Positions 23,201 to 37,400 of a stretch of 64,000 nucleotides of DNA are shown here, one piece after another. Position 1 is the first letter of the stretch. Each line of letters begins with the position of its first letter. A program made the position numbers and the translations under genes. The DNA is from Bugula neritina. Its lineage: Eukaryota; Animalia; Bryozoa. Under the pieces are notes generated by a model. It was given only the letters and a program-made list of their open reading frames with translations. It was not told where the DNA came from and searched no databases. The stretch spans positions 26,614,628 through 26,678,627 of the forward strand of contig OZ037767.1 of assembly GCA_964035545.1 (NCBI GenBank), written 5' to 3'.

Positions 23201-26200
23201 TGGCAGCAGTGGTACTTCTAGTACATGCTTATCTTCACACTACTCAAAAGGATCATAAACTTTAGTAGTTACGTCTAGTTGTAGCAACAATGGTCCTTAT
23301 CAAACCAATAACAGGCAGTGTTAGATACATCGAGTAGCTTTTCGTACTTTGTGAACAAAGCTGTTGCTGCTGGAGTGTACAATACACTAGGAGGTGCACA
23401 CAATACGTCAGATCAATACCTCCATCTAAACAGTTATTCTTGGTGTATTGGATTACGAGGTGTCAATCACGACAGCTGCTCTATGCTAGCTGGGGACAAT
23501 CATGAGACTCTTCTGTCTCGCCTGCACTGAGGAGGGTAAGACTCACCTTTATTATACAGTTCACTGTTTCACTCTGACCAGAAGTTACACTCCAGTACAT
23601 TTCAATTGGAATCTGATTGGCTGAGTTGGGATGATAAGCAGCTGGTGACCTCAAGCGACATGAGCCTTCTGATTTGAATGGTTCTATAAGCAGCATCAAT
23701 TTGGAGGTGAATGAGTGCAGTAGTTTGGGGTTTGGAGTTTCAATAAACTCGAGAACCCCAACTACTCTGAGCTGCTTATAGAAGTATTTTCTGAGCTGCT
23801 CCATAATAACTAAGTGTCAGTGGTTTATAGTGAGCGTGTTGAGCGGCTTTTTTAGTACAGGAAGCTTTGCCAGTTTGAAAATAATTAGTTCTTTTTGGTG
23901 CATCATATTGGCAGCACAATGCTAATTTTGAAGACCAGTAATAATCAGACACTCTCTTACATTTGTCTGAGTCACTTGAGTCCTTATTCCTTCAGGGGCA
24001 GCAGCTGTCAGTGATGAAGTTACGGGTTCAACTTCATTTAGGTGTTATATATACTGGTTATATATACAGGGAATGTTTCATTGTTGACACTGAAAGCCAT
24101 TAGCGGAGACACCAGGCTGCTAAACTAGTATTTCTACTCTGTAGTTGTTTTAGAAAATTGATACTGTGCTGATAATAGAAATGCATGCAAATGACAGAAG
24201 ATGCTTTGTTACTGCGACTACGGCATACTTTCCTATTTACTTTCTCCATTCTCTAGGCTGTTGATCTGGTAGTATCCATTACAACGTGCTGCCTACACTG
24301 CTACACTTACTGCCTTGGCTTCTAGTTGTTTATTTCTTGTAACTTGGATTATGGCGTTTAATATCAGTCAGTCATGGGCATATGACTTCTGCAAGTGCAA
24401 GTTCTTTATCCTGTGGCTATCCTAGTTTTATTGTCTTTTGAAATTAGTCTAGTGTGTTGGTGCTTACTCTGTCTATTCTATTGATGCTCCTTGATTCTGA
24501 ACATGCACAACAATAGCAATTTAACTTTTCAGCTCCTTTCATGCTCCTGAGAATGAAGATGCATACATTCTCTATTGTTATACAGGCCTTGGCTCTGTAG
24601 TCCAGGTAGCTAGTTTGCTGTGTGCACCTTCCAAGGTCAGTGATGGCATAGGTGTATGCTCTCAATGATGTTTTTATGGTGTATATATAGTCTTTGCATA
24701 CTATTTTGTAAGCAAGTTGGGCGTCAACTTTTCAAGTCCCACATTAGTGGTGTGAGAGCTGGGGGGTTCTACATATTTATAAACTACATGTTGTGCAGCT
24801 ATTAAGGAGCTAGGTGCTGTACCTTACATTGGGATGAGAGAATAATTATTGTAAAACAATTTTATTTCCAGTCCAAAATAAACTTCATGATTTCATGGAT
24901 TGCCTGCTACTGGAGACTTGGGGACATCAAGTCAAAACTAGTCATTAAACTCACAACATTTTATCAATAACATATTACACAATCTATGGAATATTTATAA
25001 GGCATACAACTAGTATGTTCAATGGAATGATTCACAAATACCACAATTATTAATATGCTGAGCATTCTGTAAAGAATTCCAATGTTGAAAGAATAGAATG
25101 TTTGGATTAGTTAATAAGGCATGTTATGCATTCATATGCTGTGATACTTTATTATTCTCTTCTCATCTGGGAGTTGTGTACCCAAAACTCTCCTTTCTCT
25201 GGTTTAAACAGTTATTCTATGCAATGAGGCTGTTTAGGAGTTCTCTGCATTTTTCACTCACCAATTTCTTTTCACAGTTTTCATTCATAAACTAGTAGAC
25301 ACTTTTGATATATTGGATATATTAGAGTATCCAGTAAGCATTAGCTTATACTTTTCATAATACTTTTCTAGTTTCTGGTATTATCATAATTTACATTACA
25401 TTGGTGAAATTAGGTTAAAGAACGTAAGATACATGCATTACACTTATATATGTTGCATCACCGTACAAGATGTTTCACCTAAAAGCTGAATGTTGTGTTT
25501 TGTTATTGATTACTGTCGTCCTCTTGCGCCTGTGTGCCAAGATTCGCGGTATGCTGTCTTCTAGCAGCCTCAGTAATGTTTTGAGTTACCAATTCAATAT
25601 CTGAGGGTTTCATGAATTTTCTGGTGCCTAAAATTTTCTAATTGCTACCCGTGTGTGTATAATGTATAACCTAGCTGTGAATAGCTGTCTAGCATGTTAC
25701 ACTGTAATGGGTTGCATACTATGCCGTGTGTATACATGTGTTCTGTTTAGCTCTATGTTGTGTACTCCCACATGTTGTGATTTTCTAGATCATAGACACA
25801 GATCATACAAAGATAAGCATAGAGTCTATGATCCTATAAAGCATGGTATGTTCTTATGTGTTCACTTGGTTTGGCTTCATTTTCTATGCTTTATTATTCA
25901 CGCTAGTGAAAAGCCTGCTTCAGTAGTTGTCTTTCCTTGAAATGCTGGTCATCTTGTAAGAAGTGGAATTTAAAATTAATTTTAAATTGAATATTCTGCA
26001 TAAAATTTGTATACTTTAGTGCTTGTTGGCACCAATCATTTTTTACAATAGTCTGAAAGTAATATGAGTTGTAAAGTGTACAGAAATATTTTTATAATTT
26101 TGTAGTAAATGAAAATCGAAAACCACCTCAAACTCAAAACTTAGCTTTCATTACGTAATAACATCCAAATTGTATTCTTAACTGAGTTTTATTGAAATGC

Positions 26201-29200
26201 AGATATATGGCTAATATGTAATATAAAGGTTCTAAGCTGTGGATTATGCAGCCTCATGTATATTGAAGATAGATAAGTATAGCAATAAATCCATAGCTTT
26301 TATCAGTATTTTATTACTAAATGCTGTTACTTGTTATGTAAATTCTCACCGCTTTACCAGAGCCTCTCTTAAGCCCTAAAACTAATTTAATTCTTTAAAT
26401 CCAGAGGGAAAGCTGCGTCATTTAATTTTATATAGGCTGAGAAGTTGGTGAAAATTTTATTAAACTATTTTTGCAGCCATTTTTTAAGTTGTTAAATCAT
26501 TCAGCTCTAATAATTTGGGTGCCCAAAAGAGTTTCAAAACTCGATTGAAAATATGCCTCTATAGCCCACAAATTTGATAAATGCTTATTGCAGGTCACAT
26601 GCGTACCAACGGCCACTCGAAGGGTCTGAGAAGAGTGTATGACACTGCATCTACAGTCACTAGCAGTGATTTGGAGTCCACCAGTTTCTTCGACTCTGAA
26701 GATGATTGTTCTAGCAGGTAACAGTACTGAGTCATAAGTTGAAATTGTGATTCTAATTGATGTGTGGTTCCCTGGTTTGTTTGTAGTATTGTGGTGTTGA
26801 CTTGATAATCAAAGTTCTAGCTCAGTTTAGTAGTGAGTCTAATTTTTTGTACTGTTTTTGTGGCTGATGTTTCTTATTTATATTCTTGCTTATGCTTGAA
26901 TTATACTATGTAATAGTAATGTATTGGTTGTTGATAACTAACTTGGTAGCTCTTGTTTCAGTTTATTGTTCCAGCTGTAATTATTCCATTTCCAAAGAAT
27001 TATATAATTGTAACACCTCCTTTTGAATCTCTTTTTAAAGTAGCTTAAAAGTGTATAAGACTTTATTATCAAGTAAATACCTTCTACTGCCCTCACCCAC
27101 AATGCCAACAGAATCTAAGCACCAACAGGCGTGAGCAGAAACCATGTAGTTATTTGTAGAGACTAGAGGGCAGACAACCCCTAACTATGAGGCTGTTGAA
27201 TGTAGCTGCCACATTTCTTTGTTTTGTAGATATTCCACAGTCACTGGGGAAACTAGTATGTCCTCCAAATATGGCCGCCATAGGCAGCGTAGAAGGAAAC
27301 ATCCTCGTATGCCTATGAGCCGGGTAAGTCAATTCTCTTGTGCTGAAGGTACTTTATCACTGCTTTCCATTTAACCTTGTCACTTCAGCTGAGCAGCAAT
27401 GTTTCAGTGAAATTACTTTCACTTTACTTAGTTTAGCTTACAGAGTCAACTGAGGGCAACCCTGTGTAATAAAAAAGGATTATACTGCATAGATTAACTT
27501 GCATTTATTCTGCACATAAGTACAATTATGCAATAATAATAAACTGATATGTAATACCATCTTAATAGGGCTGGTCTGTCTGAAACTTTAATCTAGTTTC
27601 TATTTTAAATTTATAGGTCAGGCCTCCTGTTGCTAGCTTAGCCAGCTCTATTTTCTATGTATAAAATTTAAGACATGCACCAATAATATTACATATCTCT
27701 AGCAAGTGATTTGGGTCAAGCTGTATTTTGTATCAGTCTCTATTGCAATTATTTTTAAAAATTAAAAAGAAGTTGCAAATTTATGTCTTTAGTTGAAAAT
27801 CTGCTTTCATAGTGTAACAGGCCTGATGATGACTTCCTTCTTAAATCAACTAGCTATTACATTACAGCATAAAATCATACAGCATATTATATTACAGCAT
27901 AAAATCATACAACATATAAACATCTCAGGCAAGCTTTATACATAGGACAAATTACACAATGATTGGTGACTTGGTTATAGCTGAAATACTAAATATTTTA
28001 CTACATATGAACACATATGCACACATACACCTGAAGATTTATCTGTATGCCTGACCCATGTATTCCTTCTAAAGATATTTACTGCAGAAGCTAACGCAGC
28101 TTTAAAATAAAGATTATCAGCGATCAAATTTCGTATGCATAATTTGTAGTTAGAAAACAACTGACAGATTAGCATTACAATACATTCTTTTAGCCACCTT
28201 CAGAAAGTTTGACACAATGAATTGCTACTTCTCCTATGCCAACTGTAAATAGTGTACACAGCATTAATGGTGTCACGTTAATTACCTAACATTTGCCACT
28301 GGCTTATATTACACTTTAAGGAGGCCTTTAACTATGTGTCAATGCTTACATTTCATTGGACAACACCGGGGCTATTATGTTATTCAAACAGTCACACGTA
28401 ATGCTGCAGTACTGCAGGGTAGTGTTGATATATTCTAGTCTTCCACACACACACTGTCAGGACTCTCAACTTCTCAGTAACACTTCGTAGCTCATCTAAC
28501 AGTGTCTGGAGTTTAGTCAAATTAAGAAGAGTTTATAATAGAGAAATGTTATGAGGAAGTGTAAGGCAAAGCACGAAATTGACATCACAATATCGTCAGA
28601 CCTGCAGCAGTACAATGAGATCTACTCAGATATACACATGGCAGTGAAGTGCGACTGCATGCGCTGTAAGATGCTATCTCCATCACTTCTGCCAGCACCA
28701 AAGCTATACTACACAACTAATTCTGTTTTACGGCAGAGTACCTGCAGTTTGGTGGGTGTGATTCCTCAGGGCTACCTCAACGTCTGGGAGTGTAGTTAGA
28801 TTTAGTTTTCTATGTGAATGGAGTGTAAAGTTAGAATTGATCTACCTCGTAGTTGAGTGAAACCACGTCAAATTATTTCTCTTATCTAACTCATTTCATA
28901 CTTGAGATCTCACTTTTTGAAATTTCTCCTATTAAATAAAATTTGAAAATGGTACCATGTATGTGAAGTTGGCTTAATCTTGCACTTATTTCTGGCACAG
29001 TTTCTGTGCTCCTCTAACCTTCAGCCTTTCAAGTTTTAATAAAAAGTTCCATTACAGGTTTAAGGTTAGAAAAGTAATTAAATGCCATGTTGAGGACCTC
29101 TTCAAGCTTGATAGAGATTGTAAACTTGATGTGAACAGTTTTTTTAGATTTAGATATTGTTGGCACATATCCGTGCTTTAACTATAGATATATTTTATAA

Positions 29201-32200
29201 AGTCTTATTCTTCTATGTGGTGTTATATTATATTATTATTTATGTATTGTTTATTTTTAGGCTTCATCATTCAGTAGTATAACAGACTCCACTATGTCAT
29301 TAAATGTTATCACAGTCACTCTAAACATAAATGGTAAGTGTGAATCTACCTACAGTATGTAGTAGCCTAAGTATAATAGTGTAAGTACTTAATATGCAGT
29401 CTGATCTTAACATGTGTACTGCAGATGTTGCAAAGTAGCATATTGACAATCCTAAGCAGTAAAGTGTTGTGTTTGGTTTGCAGCATTTGTTAATAAACAC
29501 TTAAATACACTTATTTCAAAGCTGCGTATGTCTTGCATACTTGAGAGCATTATAACACCGTGTTTATGTTGTCAGATGTGCTTTTAGCAATATTTCTGTT
29601 TAATATAGTATAGTCTAGTTACTATAGGTTAATTATTAGATGATTTAATATCGAACCTGTAACGGATTATATAAATATAAATAATACATATCCACTACAT
29701 GTTGTCAACAGCTTGGCTATTTACGGTCAATTATTCTGTAAGATATAGTCATCTTTTTCCTTGTGTTGTTTTCTTTATTCCTCATTGGAAATTCAGAAAG
29801 TGTAAAATGAAATTGCGCTCCCTTTCTACTATTTGCCATCATTGGAATTATTGATAGGAATAATTATTCTGCACTCAAATGTTGATAGGTTCAATTAGCT
29901 GTGATAACTTACAGAAAGGGTTGAACTGTGTCTTGCTAACTTTTTGAGGCTAAAATTTATGGTCCCAATCTGTTGTGATTTACAGAGCAAGCCAACTACC
30001 TTGGTATAAGTATAGTGGGACAAAGCAATCAAGGTGGAGATGGAGGCATATATGTTGGGTCTATTATGAAAGGGTAGGTCTTTTTATCAAGGTTTTGTAT
30101 GATCTGAATCTGTCATTAGTCATGTTTACTTCTTGAAAATCTCAGTTTCATGGGCTAATTTGAAGGAGAGGAAGTGGAGGTGTAAAACAGATGAAGTTAT
30201 TTCACTGTTGTTGCTGCTCTATTTATTTCTAGTAGATTTAGAATTCGTTATACTGAAATATTTCTGCATAACTTGTAAAAAATATACTTTGTTATTTTAT
30301 TGCATAATTTATTTTTGCTAAAATTCTGCTGTGCTCAGTACAATGTTATATAATACACTGATGTCTACACGTAGAGGTGCAGTGGCACTGGATGGTAGAA
30401 TAGAACCAGGAGACATGATATTAGAGGTCAATGGGGTCAGCTTTGAGAATCTCAGTAATGATGACGCTGTGAGGGCACTTCGTGAGTCAGTACAGAAACC
30501 AGGGTGAGTGTTAGTATAGACGCTGTAGTTAGTGTACACACTGTAGTTAGTGTAGACACTGTAGTTAGTGTACACACTGTAGTAAGTGTAGGCACTGTAG
30601 TTAGTGTAGATGCTGTAGTTAGTGTACACACTGTAGTAAGTGTACACACTGTGGTTAGTGTACACACTGTAGTTAATGTACACACTGTAGTTAGTGTACA
30701 CACTGTAGTAAGTGTACATGCTGTGGTTAGTGTACACACTGTAGTTAATGTACACACTGTAGTTAGTGTAGACACTCTAGTTAGTGTAGACGCTGTAGTT
30801 AGTGTAGACACTCTAGTTAGTGTAGACGCTGTAGTTAGTGTAGACACTCTAGTTAGTGTAGACGCTGTAGTTAGTGTAGACACTCTAGTTAGTGTAGACG
30901 CTGTAGTTAGTGTAGACGCTGTAGTTAGTGTAGACGCTGTAGTAAGTGTAGACACTGATAGAATGATCTGTATTACAGGCCCATAACCCTGGTAGTTGCC
31001 AAGTGCTGGGATCCGTCCCCTAAGGGTTACTTCACAATACCCCGCCAGGAGCCAGTGCGGCCCATCGACCCCTCAGCGTGGGTGGCGCACACCACCGCCC
31101 TTCAGCAACAGTGCAACCTGCAGAGAGGAGCTCCGCTAGCCTCTAGTATGGACACCATGTCAACCATCACCAGCAGCAGTCTCAGTAGCAGCATGCCAGA
31201 CTCTCACCGTGAGTACACATGAGCAGGAGCTCAGTCTAAGACTACAGTAATGATTTTCACAGTCTAGGGGTTTAGAGGGTCTCTTATTGGCAGGTGCTTG
31301 TGTTTAGACTCTAAGAAATGTATTTAGGGTATTTGAATTTTGTTAGTAGCCAAAAGCACCATATACTACAGAATAATACACATTGTACTACAGAATATTA
31401 TACGGTATACTACAGTATATTATACAGTATGCTATACTCGTTGATGCTGTATACACACAGGGATGGGCTACCAATTACAAGATATTAGGCTGACAATTGA
31501 AACTCCGATGGAGATTGTTGTACAGCGTATGGCTGCCCGGGATAGCGGACTGGAGATCAGAGACCGAATGTGGCTTAAAATAAATATCCAAAATGCTCTG
31601 ATAGGTGAGAGTTGTCTCTACAATGAATAATTCAGAACTGAGTGACCTGCTTCTATGATTAAATCTGCTGTTAGCTGTACTAACACACTGCTAACATGGT
31701 ATGTAGAGTTGTGTTCTCATGCACCTTGTCTCCGTCCTTTCAGGTTCAGAACTAGTCGACTGGCTGTATCAGCATGTTGATGGCTTCTCAGATCGGAGGG
31801 AGGCCAGAAAATACGCAGCTAGCCTGCTGAAAAATGGCTACATCCGTCACACAGTACATAAAACGTCGTTCTCTGAGCAGTGCTATTATATCATAGGAGA
31901 GGCCAAGTGCAATCTAAGTGAAGGTAGAATATAATAATATAATACATTTCGGTAGTCAAGTAAACCGGTTTTCTGCTGCTGTAAATTTCAAGTTAGCTCT
32001 GTGTTGAGCATTTGTTTCAGAAAGTAGTTCAACCTAGCAGGGTAAGTCGCTGTAAGCATATTATCCTCAACTAATACCACGTGTTCCAGCTCTTTCTCTG
32101 TACTCTTGGTACTCATTTCAGTTTATCTGCTGTCTTCAAACAGATATTTATGTTGGCGTTGTTGTTGTAGGCATGTCATCGCTGAGTATGTCAGATGAGC

Positions 32201-34465
32201 TGCCTGACAGCATATCAGAGAGAGCTGAGAATCTAGACATGGTACAGCCTCTACCACACCCTCAGCAGCAATGGAATAACACAATGTACAGGTAGCATAC
32301 CTTATCACCCAGTACCACAGGTGTAGTTCGCAAGTTGACTGTCCTAGACAAATGCTAAGTTCAAGTTCTCGCTTCTTTAGTCTATTTTGTGCTTTGATTA
32401 GTTTTTCTCTACTTTAAGAGCAAGTACACTTGAACTTCTTGGAAAGCACAAATATGGTCTCTCCTGAATTTGATAATCTAGAATGTTCTAATGTTACACT
32501 TCATTTGATTGGATGTATATAACCTGCTGTGTTTGTATTGTAGTGGATACAGCGGTTTCACATCAGTCAGTCAACCTCACGTCAATCATAATACCAATAA
32601 TTATCTTCCCCCACCTTATAGTTACGTCAACGATGCAGCCAGTTACCAAAGTCTGTCTCGGCCAATTCCCGGGCCGGCTAGTCAACACAGCTCAGGTTTG
32701 TTGTTTTACACTTACAGGAGCACACAATTCCTCTGTACAACTTGTTACAAATAGCATGCAAGTAATGATGACTCTTTATTTAGAATAATATAATAATCAG
32801 CTTTATAGTATAATGTTAGCATTATTGACAAATATTTCATTCTGGAATACAGATGTGATGTTACTGTGTTTGTGTGGTAGAGTGATATATGTAATTATTG
32901 TAATGTTAACATGAGTGTAAATAATACTATGTCGGTAATGACAATACCGCATTGACCTTCTAGTTGCATGGTGTTATTATAATGTAGCAGAGGACTGTTC
33001 ATGTAGTTGTACATGTACCTCAACATGCCTAGAATCTTCATCTCAAACAATGCCTACGTGCTGCTCTCTTTGTCAGCCCGCTGCCGATAAGGTAGCGGCA
33101 GCGGGTAATGGTAACCTACTTGGTTTATTAGAAGTGCTTTTGCATCGTCAGTTTACAATAGTTATGTTACAGGTTCAATTTTCTTTTGGAATATCATTTC
33201 TAAAGCACATCTAATGATTTAGGTGAATGTTTTGTCAACTAAAAAGAATCTTAGTTGTGTAGCAGGCTCACCATCTAATTTGTTTTCAATTATATATGAT
33301 TTTAGCAAACTGGTAGAATTAAAATAACAACATTAATCTTGTAGTATATGCAAGGTGAACTAGTAGAGTTATTGGTACATTATGTATGCTCTTCTACTGC
33401 CTCATTCACTGAATCTTTAGCATACATCTATATAAATGCAATATAACAGTTTCTCATTACATGTTCTTCTGAAACGCTGACTGATGTAAATGTTGTGTTG
33501 TATGGTAACAGGAAGTGGCAGCGCTAGTGGCAGCGGCAGATCTAGTAAAAGTAAAAAGAGCAAAGAGAAAGAGAAGTACCAGCGTCATGGCGGTAGTGGT
33601 CACAGTAGCAGTGAATCTGAGTCTATAAACAGTTTACAGAGACGCACCAATCACCTCCCTCCACACCTTCCACCGCCCCCTAGTGTACACAGCATGCAGA
33701 ACATTCAGAATACGGACTACCCCAATCTACCTCTCCCTCTGCCAGGTCTGTGCACTGATCAGCAGTTGTGCTCTCTTAGTCAGAAGCATCTGTTGGACTG
33801 TGTTATGTGCTCTTCTTGTTGTATACTTGATTTATTTGTTTCAAAGTAGGTGGCTATAATTTGTAGATACTGTACTAGTTAATAGCAGTGTAAGTTGGCA
33901 TCGTGTTGCTATGGTGACAGTGACATCTCGTCCAGCTTTCACCTCATATCCTGCCCATGTGTCTCATATTAACTACACGCCAGCCATGTGCTTCAATCAC
34001 TGTCTTAGTGCTGTCACCCTCTCAGTGTGTACATGTCCAACAATGCATGCCATTCATATGCGCACCTTTCGCTTGCTGCGATCCTGTACTACTTCCCACA
34101 TTAATTGTGTTTCCAGATTGGTAGTTGTGCTCTTTTCAGGGTCCAATACACTTTCTGTCACTGGTTACTAGTACACGTGCATCTATTTCTATGACTGTAT
34201 GATGTCATATCCTGTCTCGGCTCCTGCTCTTGTCTCGTTGCATGACTGGTCACATGTTCACCTGCATGCTATTTCACTCAGAACGTAACTTGTCGTTGCA
34301 GAGGGCAGTGAGAGGAGTTTTGCGATGACCGACACTACGGCTCAGACCTTACCTCCGCCACCCGGTGACCTTGGGAACATGTCTGTAGAGGTCAGTGGTA
34401 GTAAACACTCATTCCGCCAAGCAATGGGTAACCCATGTCAGGAATACTTCATAGATGTCATGTAG
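17272..34465 (+). CDS. dsh: Dishevelled (DIX-PDZ-DEP), 17 exons: 17272-17444, 18904-18973, 19091-19227, 21295-21383, 25789-25845, 26594-26717, 27230-27323, 29261-29333, 29986-30073, 30375-30503, 30979-31208, 31461-31604, 31744-31923, 32171-32290, 32544-32695, 33512-33745, 34302-34465
   Basis: [18 protein letters not shown]...[16 protein letters not shown]; [15 protein letters not shown]; [13 protein letters not shown]; [29 protein letters not shown]; [15 protein letters not shown]; [16 protein letters not shown]...FSEQCYY; C-terminus [18 protein letters not shown]. Exons in the low-conservation regions (4, 5, 14-16) rest on splice signals and phase only. Confidence 0.96.
30510..30959 (+). repeat. 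18-bp minisatellite, about 25 copies (GTTAGTGTA[C/G]AC[A/G]CT[G/C]TA), filling dishevelled intron 10
   Basis: Exact 18-nt periodicity from 30510 to 30942+. Explains the repetitive ORFs on both strands. Confidence 0.97.
31362..31437 (+). repeat. About 22-bp tandem repeat (3 copies, TACTACAG-ATATTATAC) near the acceptor of dsh intron 11
   Basis: tactacagaataatacac / tactacagaatattatac / tactacagtatattatac. Confidence 0.7.
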
Positions 34466-37400
34466 CGCTAACCACTTGTATCAACCTGTCGCCTGCACTC
34501 AGTATTAGCACTGCCTGACACCTGTTACCGGTTGGTGTGCTTACTGTACTCTATCTACGTACCTGCCTGCCATACTTACCTGCATCATGTTGTTAGTTAT
34601 AGCTCCAAGTTGTCTGCTTCTGTTACGCTGAAGTACTAGGGCTACGCATGGCTGCATGCCGAATGTCCATGTTCTGGCTTAGAAATGTGCGTTTTAGTGG
34701 TTTAAATGTAGTTGCATGTAGCCAAAGCCATTAATTTTAAGTAACTAACTACATATTTGCATCTGGTGAATAAAACTTGCAATGCCATCGTGATTTTTGC
34801 TTTCTGTTTTGCTGTTAAGCTTTACCCAATAATTTTTCCTTTCATATGCATCTAATTGACCTTTAGCTAATATAACTGTTGCAAGGTTTCCCTTGTACAG
34901 ATTTAATCTTATTTTGCAGTTGTTTGTTTTCATATTTTTTGGTTTTTGCTGCTAGAGCGCTTAAGAAAGTTGTGTGAGATCTGAAAAGGATTCTTAGACA
35001 AATGATTGACTGGGTAAATATTTTCTGAGATGACACAAAAGTGAACTCGTTGCTGGGGAACAAGTAAACCATCGGATTCCACTTTCTGGGCGCCCTATTC
35101 TTACTTTTCAGTCTTCTCAGAAAATACAACAGTTATATAAAGGCAGCTACTGTTTCAGGCAGACCTCAATCATTTACAAAGCAAATTATATACGAGCTGT
35201 TTAGTTGGCTGTGTAATTGTTTTCGCACTTCTTTCTACGGCATTACAAAATAAAATCAGATTCCGCATAGTTGTGCACATTGGTATGTTTATGCTACAAA
35301 TTGACATTTGAAACACTTTGCTTATCATGTCTATATATGTTACAGGCTCTTCTATTGGTTGATCAGATATAATATTCTTCTACTTGGCTGTAAATATCCA
35401 CTCTCGTCATCTACCACTGTTTAGTACAGAATATGACCTTCGTTATTTATCAGCCGAATTCAAATGTAAATTCGTAATTTTTACTCTTACAGATATTATA
35501 TTGTAATCGATATTTATAAAGTTTTTATTACTACTTTTGTTGATATTTGTTTTTGAATAGCCAAACTTTCTTTTGTTGAATGAAATGAACTGCATGTACT
35601 ATAAATTATATACATGTGTATTATTGTAATTTTTATTAGCAACTGATTGCTACTAGTTAAATTTACAGCTTGTAACATGACTTTTATATCATCTTTGTTA
35701 GATATTATACAGTCCCTTTTACCTCTAGTATCTTCCTGCTAGGCTAGCCATGAAATGTATATCATTGTTTGGAAATTATAATTTTATACGTTAATATTTT
35801 GTGCATATAAAATGTATATACATTATGCATGTGGTTGCCTGAATTTGCTCTGAAATTTATACAATGTCAATACAGCAATGCTTTCAAATGACTTAGAAGA
35901 TCCTCCAGTTTCTTCTCCTTATTTATACAGATAATATGTTTTAAATTGTTTGTAAATTATTTAAAATATATGGTATTTAGTATAAAAGAGTTATTGGGTT
36001 AAATTCAGTTTGCTGTTCATTATGACTTGCAAGCTTTTGAGTGCTCAAGAACCTAACCATAATTGCACATAGTTCAGCATAAATAAGTTTTTGGTGCATT
36101 GTTAGATACCAGCAGGCCAATAAGGAGATGCATGCCATTTAATCCTAATGTCATTGATCAATTAAAGCTTAGAACACCAATTAGGCATACCAGCACATAC
36201 GACTTAATATTCAGGCACAAGTCCACTCAATCAGGTAGGTACATTGTAGAATTAACAGGTTGTTTATTTCATAATTGAGTTTCATTTTGCTTTTCACAAG
36301 TTGATAAGCTTGGTTAATGCTGGTGTCTTTCTTGAACCGTGGTTTCATAATAGCTCTTAGAAGATGCATTGTGTAGACTGTAGATCATGGAACTATAGCC
36401 TATAACTGGAAATTATGAAGTTTTAGTTCATTGGTGTAGATGTTGAGCGTGTGCGTTTATCTATAGATTTATCTTCTCTCACTTTAAAAGAAATCTTAAA
36501 AGTGGAACAGAAGAATAGCCGAGTTGTAGTTTTCGTATCCTAGCAATTACCAGTTCTGACGGTTGTCCGCGAATACGTCCGAGTTTTCTTTACTTTCCTA
36601 CTTTACTTAGATATTAAGGTTAAGTTTGCCAAACATCCGGAGATTTTCAGTACAGCCAATTCTTAAAACATTCCTCCTAAGGTTGTTTTAAATCTTAAGA
36701 AATTAATTAGGCTCTTATAGGAAAATTAAGTTTATGTAATACATGCTTAAGCACTAGATATTATAGACAAACATAAGAATAATTATATGCTAATACCAAT
36801 ATTTGAAGAATTAGTAATTTAAATTTAGTGATTCAGTCATAGTCATTACTCATTACAGTCATTGGTCATTACTCATTATTCATTAGTCATTACCATTAGA
36901 CTTAAAGTTTAAAGTTTAAACAAATTAAAATTACTGTTAGTAGTTAACAGTTAGTGAGCTGCAGGTGACATGCATTTGTAAATTACGGATGATATTTACA
37001 AAATTAAACTAGCAACATTTATACGATAGTTGGCAAATGTCATGGCATTGGCTGCTCAAATCTTGTTTTCGAGTGCTAGTTTACCCAATCATAAGTCTGA
37101 AATATATGATTTTGATTCAATGACCATAAACATTGTTATGCTTATCAGCATCATATTGCCGTTTTTAGTTACTTTAAATAGTTTTAGTTACTTAATATAA
37201 TAATAATACCAAGTAGCATAACAACTTTAAAATGGAATAAGAAATTCATTTTTAGGATAATCATAATGACAATGATAATTCAAACTAAAATCGATTTTAT
37301 TTTATAAAAAATATTGATATCCTGTAAGTTTATGCAATACATTGTCTATAAGCATTTGAATCTAAGTTGAGTCAACTTCACAAATTTAAAGCTTATGTTT

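Noticed and set aside
19900-24700. Possible nested antisense gene in the large dsh introns (ORFs 20897-21097, 22454-22711, 23481-23804 with an AAG|GTGAGT donor near 23547, and short open stretches ~20370-20540 and ~22810-23185)
   Set aside because: I could not join them into a phase-consistent model or recognise a domain. Stranded RNA-seq or tBLASTx against a related genome would be needed to revive the idea.
30318-30986. Three long repetitive ORFs (TLTTAS, VVSVDT, YTNYSV) resembling mucin or antifreeze proteins; also CRISPR-like periodicity
   Set aside because: By-products of an 18-bp (3n) intronic minisatellite. Intron retention in the dsh frame stops immediately (GGG TGA). There are no unique spacers or cas genes, and the context is eukaryotic.
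34572-34583. ATACTTACCTG, identical to the U1 snRNA 5' end, in the dsh 3'UTR
   Set aside because: The match stops after 11 nt; no U1 stem-loops or Sm site follow.
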